The notes under the pieces were generated by a model, which was not told where the DNA came from, did no database searches, and was given only the letters and a program-made list of their open reading frames with translations. Below, one piece after another: positions 18,600 through 34,227 of a stretch of 64,000 bases of DNA. The DNA comes from the human T2T-CHM13v2.0 reference genome, Homo sapiens. The position numbers were made by a program, and so were the translations under genes. Within the stretch, counting starts at the first letter, position 1, and every line of letters starts with the position of its first letter. The DNA lies in NCBI RefSeq assembly GCF_009914755.1, contig NC_060927.1. The stretch is one strand, 5' to 3'.

Positions 18600-19950
18600 G
18601 CCATAAAGATAATGTCTGTGAATATTCAACAAAATTTAGCACAAAAGTAGAAATAGATAAAAATTATAAAATAAATGCTAATGGTTATGAGAAATCCCCG
18701 CTATAGTTACAGGAATGTAAAATTAGTTCCAGAAAGCAAGATATGTGAGAATGAAGAGGAAAAAAATTACTGGAGAAATTCTGAGAAAAAAATTCAGTTC
18801 GCTAGAGTAATATATAGAATTTCAAATGTAAATTACTCATCCAATAATAAGCAGAATAAATTAACTACATTAGACTCGTCCTTGGGAAATATAGCATTCC
18901 AAAGACAAGTGGATTCTAAATTTTTATGAAAGAGGAACAAAAATGAATCAATTTATTTCAAAGTTTCAGTAGTTGCACTTTCACCAGATTTCCTTTTAGT
19001 AATACTGAGTACAACAACAAAGGCCTTCAAAGGGATGAGAAAAAATAATTTTCACTCCAGAAGTGTATTCATTCAAATTGCAGAATGAGTGTCAGGAAAC
19101 AAGAAAACATTTGCAGACATACAAGGCTGAAAGGTTTTTTGTTTATAATTTCTATGAAAGATATGACATCATGTACTTAAAAAAATGAAAAACAAGAAAG
19201 AAATACTTGGAGAAAACTAGGAGGTAGTGAAGGGAAGTCACTGCTTGATAGCTCTGAAATATACCAAGATTCTGTGGATGCAGATTGGTATCGAGAAGGG
19301 AAATTCTCAATATAGAAGGTAGATGAATGCTGAAAAAAGTAAAATTGAGGAAAATTTTTTTTAAATTATTAGAGATTTAAATTAAACTAAAGTGAACTAA
19401 AACTAAAAGTAAACTAAAATATAACATGGCATTAATTGATTGATGCAAGGATTAAGAAAATCTTTTGACCCTGATGCTATTACCTTTGCCTTTGAATAAC
19501 AAAAGTCAATTTATGATTAACTGCTTGGCCCAAGAGAAACAAATATTATGTGGATTTAATAATAAATATAATAAATTTGTTTTTTTTCACCTTTGGAATC
19601 AACTGATAAACAAAGCTCAGAAATCTCAATAATGAGTCCAGAACATACTGAAATAGTAAAATCTTGAGAATGTAAACATAAAGACATCACTGACGGACGG
19701 TTATCAGTGGGAGAGCCATAAAAGTTTAAGCAAATAAGAATACTAATACCATCACCATACATAGATAGAATCAAAATATTGAAGAACATAATAAAGGTTT
19801 AAGTATTTATAGTAAACAAAAACATAAACATTGATATAACAATTTAACTTTGGGAAAAAAAGAAAGAAATGAAATGAAAATCATGTAAGTGAGCTATGGT
19901 TTCTCACCGTGTTCAGTAAAGTCAATCTATAACTTCAAGATGTAAACACA
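18600..19950 (+). mobile_element. HAL1-like remnant (ancient ORF1-like)
   Basis: Diverged matches 'gccttcaaagggatgagaaaaaataattttcactccagaa', 'acatttgcagacatacaagg', 'gtgaagggaagtc'. Confidence 0.55.
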
Positions 19951-20129
19951 TTGTTTACTATTATGAAGATATATAGGAGAGGGATTTTTTTTACAAAAAA
20001 AGATTTTAAAGAAGTTATATCAGGTGTATTAATTTAATTATTTTCTATTTAGTGTATTATTTATGCAAATAAAACACATTAGATATTAACATTTTTATAT
20101 AAATATGAATACTATTAATAAAATGAAAT

Positions 20130-20960
20130 ATATCTGAAATATTTGGAGAAGATTTTGCACCTAACCAACAGAAGACTGGTATCCAGAATGCATAATCCAA
20201 AAGAAAAAACAAGGCTATGATTATATACAGGAAAATTAGATGTAGATTTATAAACTACATGGATATAATAACAAATATCTTTAATATTTAGTTATATTTA
20301 TTAACATTATTTATATAATGTTCAAGGTTACTTGCAAAAGCAAATATGAACAATAAGTATTTTGTTTTGCTCACTCTTTTGCAAAAGTTTTAAAATACAG
20401 AGAAACTAGGAATTTGATAAAATGCTGGTGAACCAGGAAATTTATATCATTTCTACAAGGAAATCCATCATTAACCAGCTGACCTTAAAACTCAAAATGT
20501 TCATGCATAGTAAATACAATACTGAGAAACCCTTCCTATAAAAGTACCTTCTTGTTAAACAAACATGCAGGTTTTTAAAAAAAATTTTTTTTTTTGCTTC
20601 TATAAACATTTAGAAACAATATAAATATAAATCAATAGGAGAGGCTTCAAATAATATGTCATGATATAGAATAGCATGGAACTGTTATAAACAGCAAAGC
20701 AGAATGTTCCACAAAATTTCAAAAAAAGGTTTTAAAGCATGTGTTACAATCATGTGTATTTAATGACCTCATAAATGTAAAAATGTGTATAAGTACATGT
20801 ATGTTCTGTGTGTACCTGTATAAAATGTTTATCTGTGTGAAACAAGATGTGGTGGTGTACATGTCATCTTATAAGAACAAAATTCCCTTTGGGCAGGCAA
20901 GTGGATGTAGACCACAGATTCCTTTATTGTTTGAATCTATTTCATAACAATTGTGTTGTG
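20130..20960 (+). mobile_element. Ancient L1ME-type 3' remnant
   Basis: 'gactggtatccagaat' and 'ttagaaacaatataaatataaatcaatagg' motifs in L1 order. Confidence 0.4.
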
Positions 20961-21630
20961 CATTACTATTATAGTTTTAATCTTTCATAACTCCTATTCC
21001 TGTGATGTCTTCTTTCTCTGCCCAGGAGCTTACAAGCACATACAAACACATCTATCAAGAATATCAAGAATCCCTGGTTGACTACTCAGTCCCATTGAGC
21101 AGCTATTATATTAAACCTATTGTGTTTTTTAAAAATCAAATTAAGTAGCTTTAGAGAACTTTCCTTCATGCAGTTTGAACATGACACTGAAGACAAAAGT
21201 GAGTGTCTTTGACATTGCCTGAATTCAGACCTAAGAAAAAGAAAAAAAAAATCTTTCTACATTTTTCCTTCAGATTACCATCATGTTTGAAAGATAACAA
21301 AGAGCAGGTATCAGAAAAGAATACACAAAGGTACCCTTTATGAAATATTCCTTTAATAAATAAATTTTAATTAAGTTTTCTGGTTTAATTTCATATTATC
21401 AATAGTACTTTAGTTTTTGCAAATCCACATTTCCAGATTTACCTTTGTGAATCTAAGATTTTTTCACATTAACAATAAAAATATATGTAATTATGAAATG
21501 ATGAGGACATAAGGACTTTATATTTTCAATCATTTATTTTATAGAGGAATACTTTCTGAAGCTACCAAGCTAGTTAATGATAGATCCAGAACAAATTAGA
21601 GACCAGATCTTCTAACTTCCAAAAATCTAC

Positions 21631-21921
21631 TTTCTTTTCTTTTTTTTTTAGACGAAGTCTTGCTTTGTCAGCCAGGAGTGAAGTGCAGTATGCAATCTTG
21701 GCTTACTGCAAACTCTGCCTCCCAAGTTCAAGTCTCAGCCTCCTCAGTAGCTGAGATGACAGGTGTGTGCCACCATGCACAGCTAATTTTTGTATTTTTA
21801 GTAGAGATGGGGTTTCACCACATTGCCCAGGCTGGTCTCGAACTCCTGAACTCAAAGCAATCTGTCTGCTTCGGCTTTCCAAAATGATGGGATTATAGGC
21901 GTTAAGCCACTGCACCCGACC
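21631..21921 (-). mobile_element. Old Alu (AluJ-like) with internal deletions
   Basis: Poly(T) start, 'agctaatttttgtatttttagtagagatggggtttc', ends 'gccactgcacccgacc'. Confidence 0.88.
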
Positions 21922-22422
21922 AACTTTGTTCTGTCTTAAAGTAAAGTTTATTATATTTATTTGATTATGATGCTTCTTTGATTTCTTCTTACTTTTATTC
22001 ATCGCAAAAATCATTTCTTGGGAACCAAACCCAGTCCCTTTAAGAAAACAACCTCGTAGAAACTGTTAAATATAGCTGAGTTATTTTCTGTTATTTCATC
22101 TGGTGAGACAATAGAATCATTCCTAGAATAAGGGACTTAAGGTTTTTCTACAGCCAACATGTGATGGGATTTTTTACAACCAACATGTGGTGTGTTATTA
22201 GTGATGTCATCAGAGCCATAATTAATATATGTTTTCATAAATAATAAATTTTGACAAAACACTACAATTCATAATTTGGATGTCGTTGAAATGAAAAGGG
22301 CCAGGTGTAATTTAAATTTTTTTTTTTAATTTCCAGAGTTGTTTACTCCACAAAATTCTCACACTTTTTGGCATCATATTGTTCACCTTCAATGAGGAAA
22401 GAGTAGACTTTGAGGAACAGAT

Positions 22423-22820
22423 ACAATGTTAAATGAAATAAACTAGTCACAGAAAGGCACTTATCTCACTTACATGTGGAATCTCAAAAAGGCAAGAACT
22501 CATAGAAGCAGAGAGTAGAATTGTGGTCACTATGGCTGGAGAACGCAGGCCTGGACTGGGGAGATGTCGATGAAAGCATACAAATTACAGTTAAGAGAAA
22601 TAAGTTCAAGAGATTTATTGTGACTATAGTTAACAACAACATATCATATACTTGAAAATTGCTGTAAGAGTAGATTTTGAGTGTTCTCACCACAAAAATA
22701 ATATGTGAAGTAGTGTGTATGTTATGTAGTTGATTTAGCCATTCTGCAATGTATACATATATCAAGGCATCACGTTGTACACCATACATATGTATAATTT
22801 CTCTTCTTTAATTAATTTTT
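22423..22820 (+). mobile_element. L1MA7/8-type 3' end
   Basis: 'aactcatagaagcagagagtagaa', 'gagtagattttgagtgttctcaccacaaaa'. Confidence 0.8.
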
Positions 22821-23147
22821 TAAAAGCTATTTTGATGAAGTTTCAAATTATCTGCAAAAAAAAAAACAAATTTCACCTATAAATCTCCTTCACTTCAATT
22901 AACATTGCTTTTTTATACAAAAGAGTTAAATGTTTATGGTAATACAATTTAAAAAAGATCTTTATGTAGTGACAATTCAAGTTTGTCAGGTACGGATTAA
23001 ATGCAAAAACATTTTACTCTAGATAACAATGAGATCGTAAGTTTTATAATTTTATGAACAACTTAGTGCTTCTCGAAGATATCCCTCTTTATTGACCAAC
23101 TTTCTTTATTAAGAAATACGCATTTTTATATTGATGTTATATTTCTC

Positions 23148-23454
23148 TTTTTTTTTTTTTTTTTTGAGATGTAGTCTCGCTCTGTTGCCCAGGCTGGAGT
23201 GCAGTGCCGCGATCTCGGCTCACTACAACCTCCGCCTCCCAGTCTCCCAGGTTCAAGCAATTCTCATGCCTCAGACTCTTGAACAGCTAGGATTACAGGT
23301 GCATGCTACCACGGCTGACTAATTTTTGCATTTTTAGTAGAGACGGGGTTTCACCATGTTGGCCAGGCTGGTCTCAAATTCCTGACCTCAAGTGATCATC
23401 CATCTCGGCCTCTCAAAATTCTGGGATTATAGGCTTGAGCCACCGCACCAGGCC
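23148..23454 (-). mobile_element. AluS (Sz/Sx-like)
   Basis: Full antisense dimer, with a small internal 'ctcccag' duplication. Confidence 0.93.
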
Positions 23455-23747
23455 AATTTTCCATGTTTTTAAAATAAAGCCTCACATATTAAAAATTAAA
23501 GCTTATAAGATGAAAGATTGCATTTATAAGAGAAAATAATGGGATTCATCTTTAAAATATCTTAGTTATCACTAAAATAATGTTTTGTTTTCTGTATATA
23601 AACCTAGCAGTAACTTTAGATGGATAGATTTAATTGGCATCACTTGTTCTTTCTTGGAAGTAGAAGCTTTTACTTGCTTATTAGCTTTATTTGAACGAAA
23701 TATTATTGTAAAGAAGACTACATTTCATGTTCATGGAGCACACAAGA

Positions 23748-23837
23748 GTTTGCAGTAAGCCAAGATCGCACACTGCACTCCAGCCTGGCTGACAGAGCGA
23801 GACTCCATCTCAGAAAAAAAAAAAAAAAAAAAAAAAA
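23748..23837 (+). mobile_element. Alu 3' fragment with A tail
   Basis: 'ttgcagtaagccaagatcgc...gcgagactccatctc' followed by an A run. Confidence 0.9.
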
Positions 23838-23915
23838 GTGAAACAATAAGTTTCTATTGTTTTAAGTTAACCTAGTTTGTGGCACTTTGTTATGGCAGTC
23901 TTAGAAAACTAATCT
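23838..23915 (+). mobile_element. MLT1 LTR 3' terminal fragment
   Basis: 'aataagtttctattgttttaag...ctagtttgtggcactttgttatggcagtcttagaaaactaat'. Confidence 0.75.
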
Positions 23916-25467
23916 AATTGGTAATTTAAAAAATATAAATTTACTTTCTAATCCCCAAGATCTGAGATCTTTATATTTTCCCTAAATTTTGTTTATCATC
24001 CTGCCCCAGTACTTTTTCCAGAAAATCTTTTTCTGGAAACATTTTACTTATAGTTCCTTATCAGCTAAAAGCAACCCTCTCAAAATTTTAATATATTACC
24101 TCATGAATTTTTTACTGTAATGGCACAATTTTATTATATTTAATTTTTGTCTTCCATGTTATCACAGACTTCCATTTGTCAAATATTTTACCATATATAG
24201 TATTTGGTCATCATTTTCCCAGCCTCCTGTTGTTTTTCGTACCCATTCCCACACTATTGTAGAATCTCCTTGCACCTACCTCCCCTGCCCCAAATCCACT
24301 GCACATATACATTACCCTCTTTCCTATTCTTTTGTCACCTAGATATTGTCATCATATTTCTGTGTAATAAGTATGTATAACTCCCCTGTTACATATCCAG
24401 GGGAGGTGAAGCCTTGCTATTGTAGGCTGGGCTAAGCTTCACTTGGCTCTATAGTCCTTTTCCAGCTCGAGGTTTGGCTCCTCACTGCTAAAGGTGAGCT
24501 TCAGGTTTGTTGGACAAGCGTTTATTCTTGGGTCCAGGCATTCAATTTCTGCTACTCCCTCTGTGACCTCATCCCAACATCAGCTAAATTTGCTCTACTC
24601 CCAATTTTCCACTTTGTGAGAATAATCTCCTAACATTACTGCTCCCATGATTCTACCCTCCCTCTGTACAATTATTTCAACCTCACTAAATTATATGTCT
24701 TCCAAGGTTTTCAATATTCTCCTGTTTTCATTTAATTCTGTTTTTAGCCTAGGTTTCAAGGCTGCTTTAACCACACCGCAGAACACAGCTCCACTGACTC
24801 TTGTCCTCTTGCCATCTGCTTGCCACAGTTTCACCTTCTCATCAGAAAGCATTGTATTCATTCCCCTCATGGCTTTTTGTGCTGTGGAATATAAGCACAA
24901 TGATGGAGACCCTAGCATTTATGATCACATAAATAACTTGTTTTGATTGCTTGAATTCACATCACTCCAGAGTTGTAAAGAAACAAAAAATAAAACAAAA
25001 TCCTGATCTTTTTTCATATTTGAACATATAATATTTTAGTCTTATAATGAATTTACTCAAGCATTAATGGTCAGTTTTCACCAATGTTTGCCAGAGTGGG
25101 AGTTTATTTTTCTGAAAGAACCATGTAGGGTCTCACATGAAAAAATATATATAGTATTCCAAAATATTTTCAGTACAGAAGGAGATGACTGCCTGCCAGT
25201 AAACTCTAATATAAGACTTTCCCAGCATAAAATTGACAGCATTTTCATTTTGATTGCTTTACTTGATAAGTTTTGAGTGCTAGTATTTGTATTTTATATT
25301 CCAACAGGCTCACATATTATCTTCATCAGTGGATGAAAAGCAACAATCTAAGTTCTATTTTGTCTAGTCAAGTTGTAGGATACAGATCTGACTCCATAAT
25401 ATGGTTGGATGCTCCCTCCAAATCTCATGTTGATATGTGCTCCTCAGTGTTAAAGGTGAAACATGGT

Positions 25468-26180
<713 letters not shown>

Positions 26181-26679
26181 AAGGTGTTTGGGTCATGGGG
26201 GCAGATTCCTTATGAATGTCTTAGAGCCAACACTGTCGTAATGAGAGTGTTCTCACTCTGTTAGTTCATGAGATATCTGATTGTTTAAAAGTGTGTGGAA
26301 TGCCCCTTCTTATTCCCTTTTGCCATATGATATCTGCCATGTGATATCTTCCATGGGATTGTAAGCTCCCTGAGGCCTTCACCAGAAGCAGATACTGGCA
26401 CCACAATTTCTATACAGCCTGCAGAACCATGAGTTAATTAAACTTCTATTCTTCATAAATTACCCAGCCTCTGGTAACAACACGAGGATGGACTATCACA
26501 TTCTAGCTGGAGATATAAGATATCTATAATTTACTCTTAAACAATTTTAGCCTATGAGGTAGAATGAAAAGAGTTAGAATCCCAATATAATTTAGTACAA
26601 AATTTTGTACTCAATAGTGTGGAACTCAGCATCTAGCAGACAATTATGATGCTTACTTTTAGTTGCTAACTTGGAAAGG

Positions 26680-27390
<711 letters not shown>

Positions 27391-28140
27391 ATGTAGTCAA
27401 TAACTAGGACAGACTACATATTTATTGCATAACTGGATAGTATAGCTCCAAAATATTTCACATATGTAACAAATTGCAGAATTTTTAGGTAAACTCAGAG
27501 CTGCACAACAGCTGTTTAGCTTCATGTTTTTAGTACTTTCTTTCTGAGGTACAGGAATACAAGCTCTTAACATTATATACTGATTTAGTTGGATCCCTTC
27601 ACCATTTTAGCATTATTGTCCTCTGTATTTAAACTTTTGCATTAATCTATGGGATTATCAAGTGATCTTAATTGTTCTTACTAAAGCCTTCTAATGGTGC
27701 ATTTACACAACCAGAAGCTATGCAACCCAGGGCAACACAGTCAGAAAGTATAGCCCAAAATACAACAGGCTTGTGAGAGTGAAAAGCATCAGTACTATCA
27801 CCATACACTATTTCACAGCCATGGTTTTAGAAAGTAGATATTCACAGAGAAACTCAGAGAGAATAGGTTCTTCTATCATCATGCTTACAAGAAGTTTCGA
27901 ACTTCCAGCTGTCATCTCTGGCTGCTCCCTTCTACATCCAAATATCAGAAGGGTACATTTGCAGCCAACCTTCAGGATAATCTGATAAATGTATTGCTTG
28001 CTTTTATGAAAAGTCTCAATAGTAGAAGAAAGCAAATTAGAAGTGTCTAGAATTGGTGTTGAGTAGAGTAACCATCAGAGTACACATCTTTCGTTCCTCA
28101 ATTTTGAAATGTGCATTCCTTCTCACATTTACACTTAAAA

Positions 28141-28266
28141 AGTGATAACACCCCATTTATTCTGACATGATTATTATGTATTTTATACCTGTGTCAAAAT
28201 ATCTCATGTACCTCATAAAAATATACACCTACTATGTACTCATAAAAATAAAATAAATAAAAATAA
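28141..28266 (+). mobile_element. Very short L1MA2/3-type 3' tip
   Basis: 'caaaatatctcatgtacctcataaaaatatacacctactatgtac' plus A-rich tail; aaaagtga on both flanks. Confidence 0.8.
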
Positions 28267-28344
28267 AAGTGAAAATAACAGTAACATAGCTCTGCATAAT
28301 ATAAATCACGGATATTTTCAACCATTCCTTGATTTTATCTTGCC

Positions 28345-28700
28345 TATTATTTTCTCATGATTATACTGAGATTATGCATTTTCATAAAAATACCACGTAA
28401 GTAATCTGCTCTTCTTAGTGGGTCACATAGAAAGTCACATGCCATCGATATGTCTCATTAGAAGAGATGCTAACCTTGATCATATGGATGAGGTGGTGTC
28501 TGCCAGGTTTCTTTACTGTGAAATTACCAATTTTCTTTTTGAAATTAATCAATGTTTAGAAGAACAACTTTTAGAAGTATGCAAATATCTTAATGTTTTA
28601 AAAACATTGACTCACTGAGTTTTAGCATGCATTGCTAGGTCTTATATGTAGCAATTATTACAATGATGTCTTTCATTAAATTTTTTACCACTCTGGTATT
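28345..28700 (-). mobile_element. L1MC4/5-type fragment
   Basis: 'gatgctaaccttgatca...aggtggtgtctgccaggtttc'. Confidence 0.65.
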
Positions 28701-28799
28701 TTTATTAATTTCTAATAATAAGTTAGAAATTGATTATTTCTAATAATAAATCAGACTGGTCAGTAGGAGGTAACAGAAAGGATTCAGTGTCTAAGATGT

Positions 28800-31300
28800 A
28801 TTTTTCTTTGTACATATTTGTGGCATCATTCATATTTTTTCTTGCAACTAAAATTACTCTCCCTTTCTTTCTTATCGATCCAGTAATATGTGGAGTCCAA
28901 GAAGCCTTCATCTCAATCTCTAGTACAATAAAACCATTACTGTGTTCCTTGGTAGAAACATGTCTCTGTTTGATACATAGATCTCAAATCATCAGATCAT
29001 CTATAGTCCTGGGATGGAGGCAAACATTTTGTCAGTGGCTCATCAGGTGAAATATTTCCCAGTCTATGTATTCTGTCTGTGGGAGAAAGAACATTCTGTA
29101 CATCGTCACTAATTTAAAGCATGTTCTGCATCCCATAGGTAGAACGCACAATCTTTCAGGGCATTGCCTTTCAGATGGTATCGTAACAGAGATACCATTT
29201 CCACGACACTGTAATAGGATAATAATAGAACAGGCCATTCCATCATTCTGTAATGTCAGCTGCTTCTGATGATATGGCACATGGAAACAATAATGAAACA
29301 TATAGGTATCAGACCATTGCTTTACTTCCTTTGGCTGAAAAGTAAATTATTTTATCAGAGCCAAGGTTATGTTGAATACAAAGATGATGATTACAGCATT
29401 CAGTGATCTACAAATGGTGTTGCTCTCTGAAGAATGTCAACCCTTTTGTAATCAATATCCACTGTAATCAACATGCTAACAGATATCTGGTATATTATAG
29501 AAAGTTTGCCATATCAGGAACCTGACATATATCTTTGCTGGTGGTTTATTGGCTTTCAGTGGTGGCAGCAACTTCTATCATGAAGGTCATGAAGGGAAGT
29601 CCATACTGTGGACCACATCCAGAGCTAGTTTTTCTAGTGCTATACCTGTAGGTTCACGAGCTCATGGAGCAAAACTAAGGTGCCTGGGAAAAAGGGCAGA
29701 TCATCCTGTCACTTGACTGAAATGTGATGCAGAGAGAGCATTCTCATGATATACAAAAATCTTCTAAATCTGGGTCTCTTACAAAAGGTCCATCCACTTA
29801 TTTCCAAATCACGTCATCACTGATCTTCCTATCGTCTCTTTTTTTTTCAATTCCTTGTTAATGCAGACAAACAACTAACTCCTTCTTGTTAATTGATATA
29901 GATTCCTATTACTGTCCTTCTCCCCTTCCAGGAAAAGTGAATCCTATGTAAAATTATTGTTTTTTTTCCAGAAAAGTTTTCCTTACCCATTGTATTAGAC
30001 CGTTCTCACACTACTAATAAAGACATATCCAAGACTGGGTAATTTACAAAGAAAAGAGATTTAATTGACTCATAGTTCCGTGTGCTGAGGAGGCCTCTGG
30101 AAACATACAATCATGGCAGAAGGGAAAGCAAACATGTCCTTCTTCACATGGCAGCAGCAAGGAGAAGTGCAGAGCAAAGCGAAGAAAAAGCCTCTTAGAA
30201 AACCATCAGATCTCGTGAGAACTCCCTCACTACCAAGAGAACAGCATGGAGGTAACCACCCCCATGATTCAACCACCTCACATCGGGTCCTTCCCACAAC
30301 ACATGGGGATTATGGCAACTACAGTTCAAATTGAGATTTGGGTAGGGACACAGCCAAACCATATCACCTATTGTCCATCAGGTTCACCATGAAGTAGTGG
30401 TGTTTCAGCTCACATCAGTATACTATTTTGAAAATATGTACATTAGTCTTGAATTCTTTTTTCTGGTTCATTCCCTGTACATTATGAATTCCCAAGTGTC
30501 CATAGATGAGGGTTTAGTTGCCAGTGCAGCAAGAATACATTCACTAAGAATTCACCTGCTGATGCAACTTACTTGTGATTTATCAACCAGCTTTAGCCAG
30601 AATATATTTTGTTACTGGCCATGGATGCATTATGGCTTCCTGAGTAAGAAAACATCCATTTCACAAAGAGCAGCTGAAGTTTATGGCCATTTTGTACCAC
30701 ATATTTAAGCATTCAGTCTCTACTAGGACCCAATACTAAGCCTGGGCTTCTATCTCAAAATTAGAATAATCATTTACCAAACAGGTGTGGTTTTGTTCTT
30801 AACCTCTCATAGCCCAAATTGTAATTATCCTGTGTGGATCTAATGCACCACAGAGCACAATGAACTGCTCATATATAGAAAATATTATTCTTAAGAAATC
30901 GATGTCTGTGGGACAATGTTAATAAAATCTTACTCAATATAATTAGAAAAAAAACTTCCATCTTACCATTCTGTATTGACATATTTGGTGTCATCTGCCA
31001 ATAAATATGTATTTCCAGCTTTTCCTCCACTGTAAAGAAAGTTTCTTAGTTACACAGCAATCTTGTTCATGACAACAGAAATTATTAGGACATGCACTAA
31101 TTCTGAATTACCCAGGTCAACTTATCACCCTGGCAATTCTCCCTCAAAAACTTCCTATCTTCTTCTCAAGATTTATTATTTGGTGGCCAATAATAATACA
31201 TATTCTTTGTCATGCCCAGCCCCAGCCCAAGTGAATGAATGGTACTCTTTAGCTGTACTTTTGCTGAAGTTGAGGGTTTTTTTTAAATTTTATAATGTTA
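28800..31300 (-). mobile_element. Ancient ERVL-class internal (pol/integrase) remnant
   Basis: Minus-strand HYCFHVPYH (ORF 29032-29301) resembles ERVL integrase HWSYHVPHH; 'catgttgattac' near 29463-29474 resembles the (W)QVDY motif. Confidence 0.65.
29991..30366 (-). mobile_element. THE1C/THE1D solo LTR
   Basis: 'tgtattag...cagccaaaccatatca', 376 bp, 5-bp TSD cccat/cctat. Confidence 0.92.
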
Positions 31301-31707
31301 TGGTAATCGATGATCAATAGATGTTCTATGAGTCCTGATATAATGAAAAACAGATCACATATAATTAGGAACTGAGTAGATAGGTGAGATAATATGCTAC
31401 ATAAATACTATCTCTTTCTAGATATTTTTAAGGGAGAGATAGAGCATGAGAACCTTGGCTTTGTAACCTGAATTAATCAATAATCTCCTTATTTTCCACT
31501 TCCATTGCAATTACCTCATCCTTTATTGTCCATAACACTTCAAATAAAGTTTACTAAAATCTCATTGCATAATCAGAGCACCCAGAATTCATTTTTACCC
31601 TCTACCTCCTTTTTTGTTTCTTGCATTAATAAATATGTCAAATACTGTATTTGTCTTCCACCCCTAAATAATTCTGTGTTGAACATTTTATTTTAATAGG
31701 AATACCC

Positions 31708-32289
31708 TGTTATATAAATGGACCAGAGACGATGCCTCCGTATTACTCTAAAATGAGCCCCATCTTGTTTGCCTCTTCACGGCAGCTTAGATTATATTAA
31801 CCCAAAGACCACCAGCACCAAACTCAATTTCTTACACATATAATTGCTTTAAAGATAGTCAGAATAAACATATTTTTAGCCATTTATAGCCTACAAACGT
31901 TGCATACCCCATAAAACTGCACCCAGTATTTGCCAACCATAGGTTAGACAAACCTTGTGGCTATAAACATATTGTTTAAAAGCCCAAACTGCTGCTGCAC
32001 TTCGGGGCTCTCTGACCCAGGTACTCCCTACCTGGATGCTGAGCTATATCACCTAGGCACATCAAGACCCCCTCTAATTTCCTCTCCTCTCCTCCCCAGG
32101 CAGGTCCCTTGCACATTCCCCTTCTGAGCAGTGGCCTTTTGCTGCTGTCTCTGAAATGTCTCTTTCTGTTAGGGACTTCCCTTCTCATAGAACCCTATCA
32201 AAGCTCCACCCAATAAAGTTTGTGGTATGTTTTTGTTTCTTGCAGTCCTGTCTCTTTCTTGATCAACCCCACAATCTCAAAATTTAGCA
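31708..32289 (+). mobile_element. MER89/MER90-like ERV1 solo LTR
   Basis: TG..CA ends, 'aatggaccagag', TATA-like 'gctataaa', 'cccaataaag', 'cttgatcaacccc'. Confidence 0.65.
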
Positions 32290-32529
32290 AACTTCTAACC
32301 ACTTGGCAATTAATGTGCTTAGCTTACAATCTTTTGAGGTCATTTTATCAATTGTCAGTCTTTTCAAAACCTCAGAGAAAAGGGGGCAGTCCTTAGTTAC
32401 AGAGATTCAGGAGGAAGGGAAATGAGAAGTTTAAGAATATGAATAGTGAAGGGCCACAGGTGGATTCTGTCTCTCAAAAATATGAAGCAAAGCCACTTAG
32501 TGTTTGAAACATCAAAATTATTGGTGGTC

Positions 32530-32784
32530 TGGGAGGCCGAGGTGCGTGGATCTCCTGAGGTCAGGGGTTCAAGGCCAGCCTGGCCAACATGGTGAAACCC
32601 CGGCTGTACTGTAAATACAAAAATTAACCAGGTGTGGTGGTGGGCGCCTGTTATACCAGCTACTCGGGAGACTGAGCAGGAGAATCGCTTGAACTTGCGA
32701 GGTAGAGGTTGCAGTGATCCAAGATTGCACCTCTGCATTCCAACCTATGCAACAAGAATGAAACTCTGTCTCAAAGAAAAAAAA
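32530..32784 (+). mobile_element. AluSq/Sp-like, 5'-truncated
   Basis: Starts 'tgggaggccgagg'; contains 'caacaagaatgaaactctgtctc'. Confidence 0.9.
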
Positions 32785-32990
32785 GATGATAGTCATATGA
32801 ACACAGTGTGAAAGAAATTATGTACAGAATTCAGACAATAGTAATACCAGACAGACTCTAGTGCAGGGAAATGGCAGCAGAGAGATAAAAACCAATGGCA
32901 GTAGGAGAAAAAAAATGTGTCCCCAGATGCTCCCTATGTTGCTAATTACAATGTTTCTTAAAAACTAAATGTAATTTCTATTTGCGCCAG

Positions 32991-33007
32991 TCTCTCTCGC
33001 TCTCTCT

Positions 33008-33043
<36 letters not shown>
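32991..33043. repeat. (TC)n plus T33 pyrimidine tract
   Basis: Directly visible; uninterrupted T run at 33011-33043. Confidence 0.95.
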
Positions 33044-33044
<1 letters not shown>

Positions 33045-34227
33045 TAGCTGTTGGCTCTGTGAGTCATGTCCTGAGTTACTCTGCTGGAACAGTGAAAAAA
33101 GGAAATTAACACAAACACTTTTGCTTCTTTTCTCTAAAGCACTGAAATAATAGAGAAAAAAAGAAAGATGAAATGTTGATTATATGGTAGTGCGAGATAG
33201 AAACAGGAAAAGGATGATTTTAATGAGCTCGTGTTCTTGCAACCCAATTCATCAGTTTAAAATTCAAACACTTGTCAAACAGGACAAGTTCTGCATGGTT
33301 ATAACTTGGAAGCACGATAGCTATTGATTTTTAAATTTATATTCTTTGTCTTTTTGATTCCTAGGAATGCACTGAGTTTAGTAAAATTTACTGCAACTTT
33401 AGTGGGAAGAAAATGACACAGTAAATATGAGAAAATAACTCAAGAAAAATGCTCTAAAAGTATTTTTCAGAGAATTGTATATACTCACAGGGCAAGCACA
33501 TGTGTCAGATTTTCCAGTACAGAACTGATTATAATATTCTCCCTTTCCTTTTCTTGAGACAACACATTGAACTATATGTCCCAATTTTTGGCTCAGATAA
33601 TAAAATAGTTACATGTATATTTTGCATGCGTGCTGAAATAGGAAACCAATTAAAACTTATAATATGTTTTATTTTCACTAAGTTTGTTACAACATTTATT
33701 TATCAGGCTATATAACCTCAACAGTTACATTTATAATGGTTTTTGAGGAGGTTGAAAATAAGCAATAACAACATTTATTGCAGACACAACGACTCAAATT
33801 GAAAACTGATTTAAAAATCAAAGGTAATAATAACATACTTATTAAGTTTTTAGAATTACTTCTGTTTGATAACATAATCAAGTGATAGTTTAAAAACAAC
33901 TATGTAAAATAACAAGTCTGAATAATATTAAGTATACAAGAAGGTTAATTAAGATATAATAATGACAAAGTTAATTCCATCATTAAAAGCTTGCGAGTCT
34001 TCCCTATTCATGTTATAACTTAGTTTTGCTTACCAAGCAATTTTGAGATGTGGAGACTGATCATTCAACTCTATGTAAACGTGTATATATACAGTTTGGA
34101 CTGATTTTTCTTTGTGCATGAGTACTTCAATATTATTTGTAAATACTATCTTAACCCTATCCTAATACTGTATTTTCAAGTTATTAATATTTGATAGTTA
34201 TTTTATAGTCAATACAAGGAGAGAAAC

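Noticed and set aside
24015-24039. 11-bp stem hairpin / HSE-like TTCnnGAA pair
   Set aside because: Short, A/T-rich, imperfect spacing and no promoter context.
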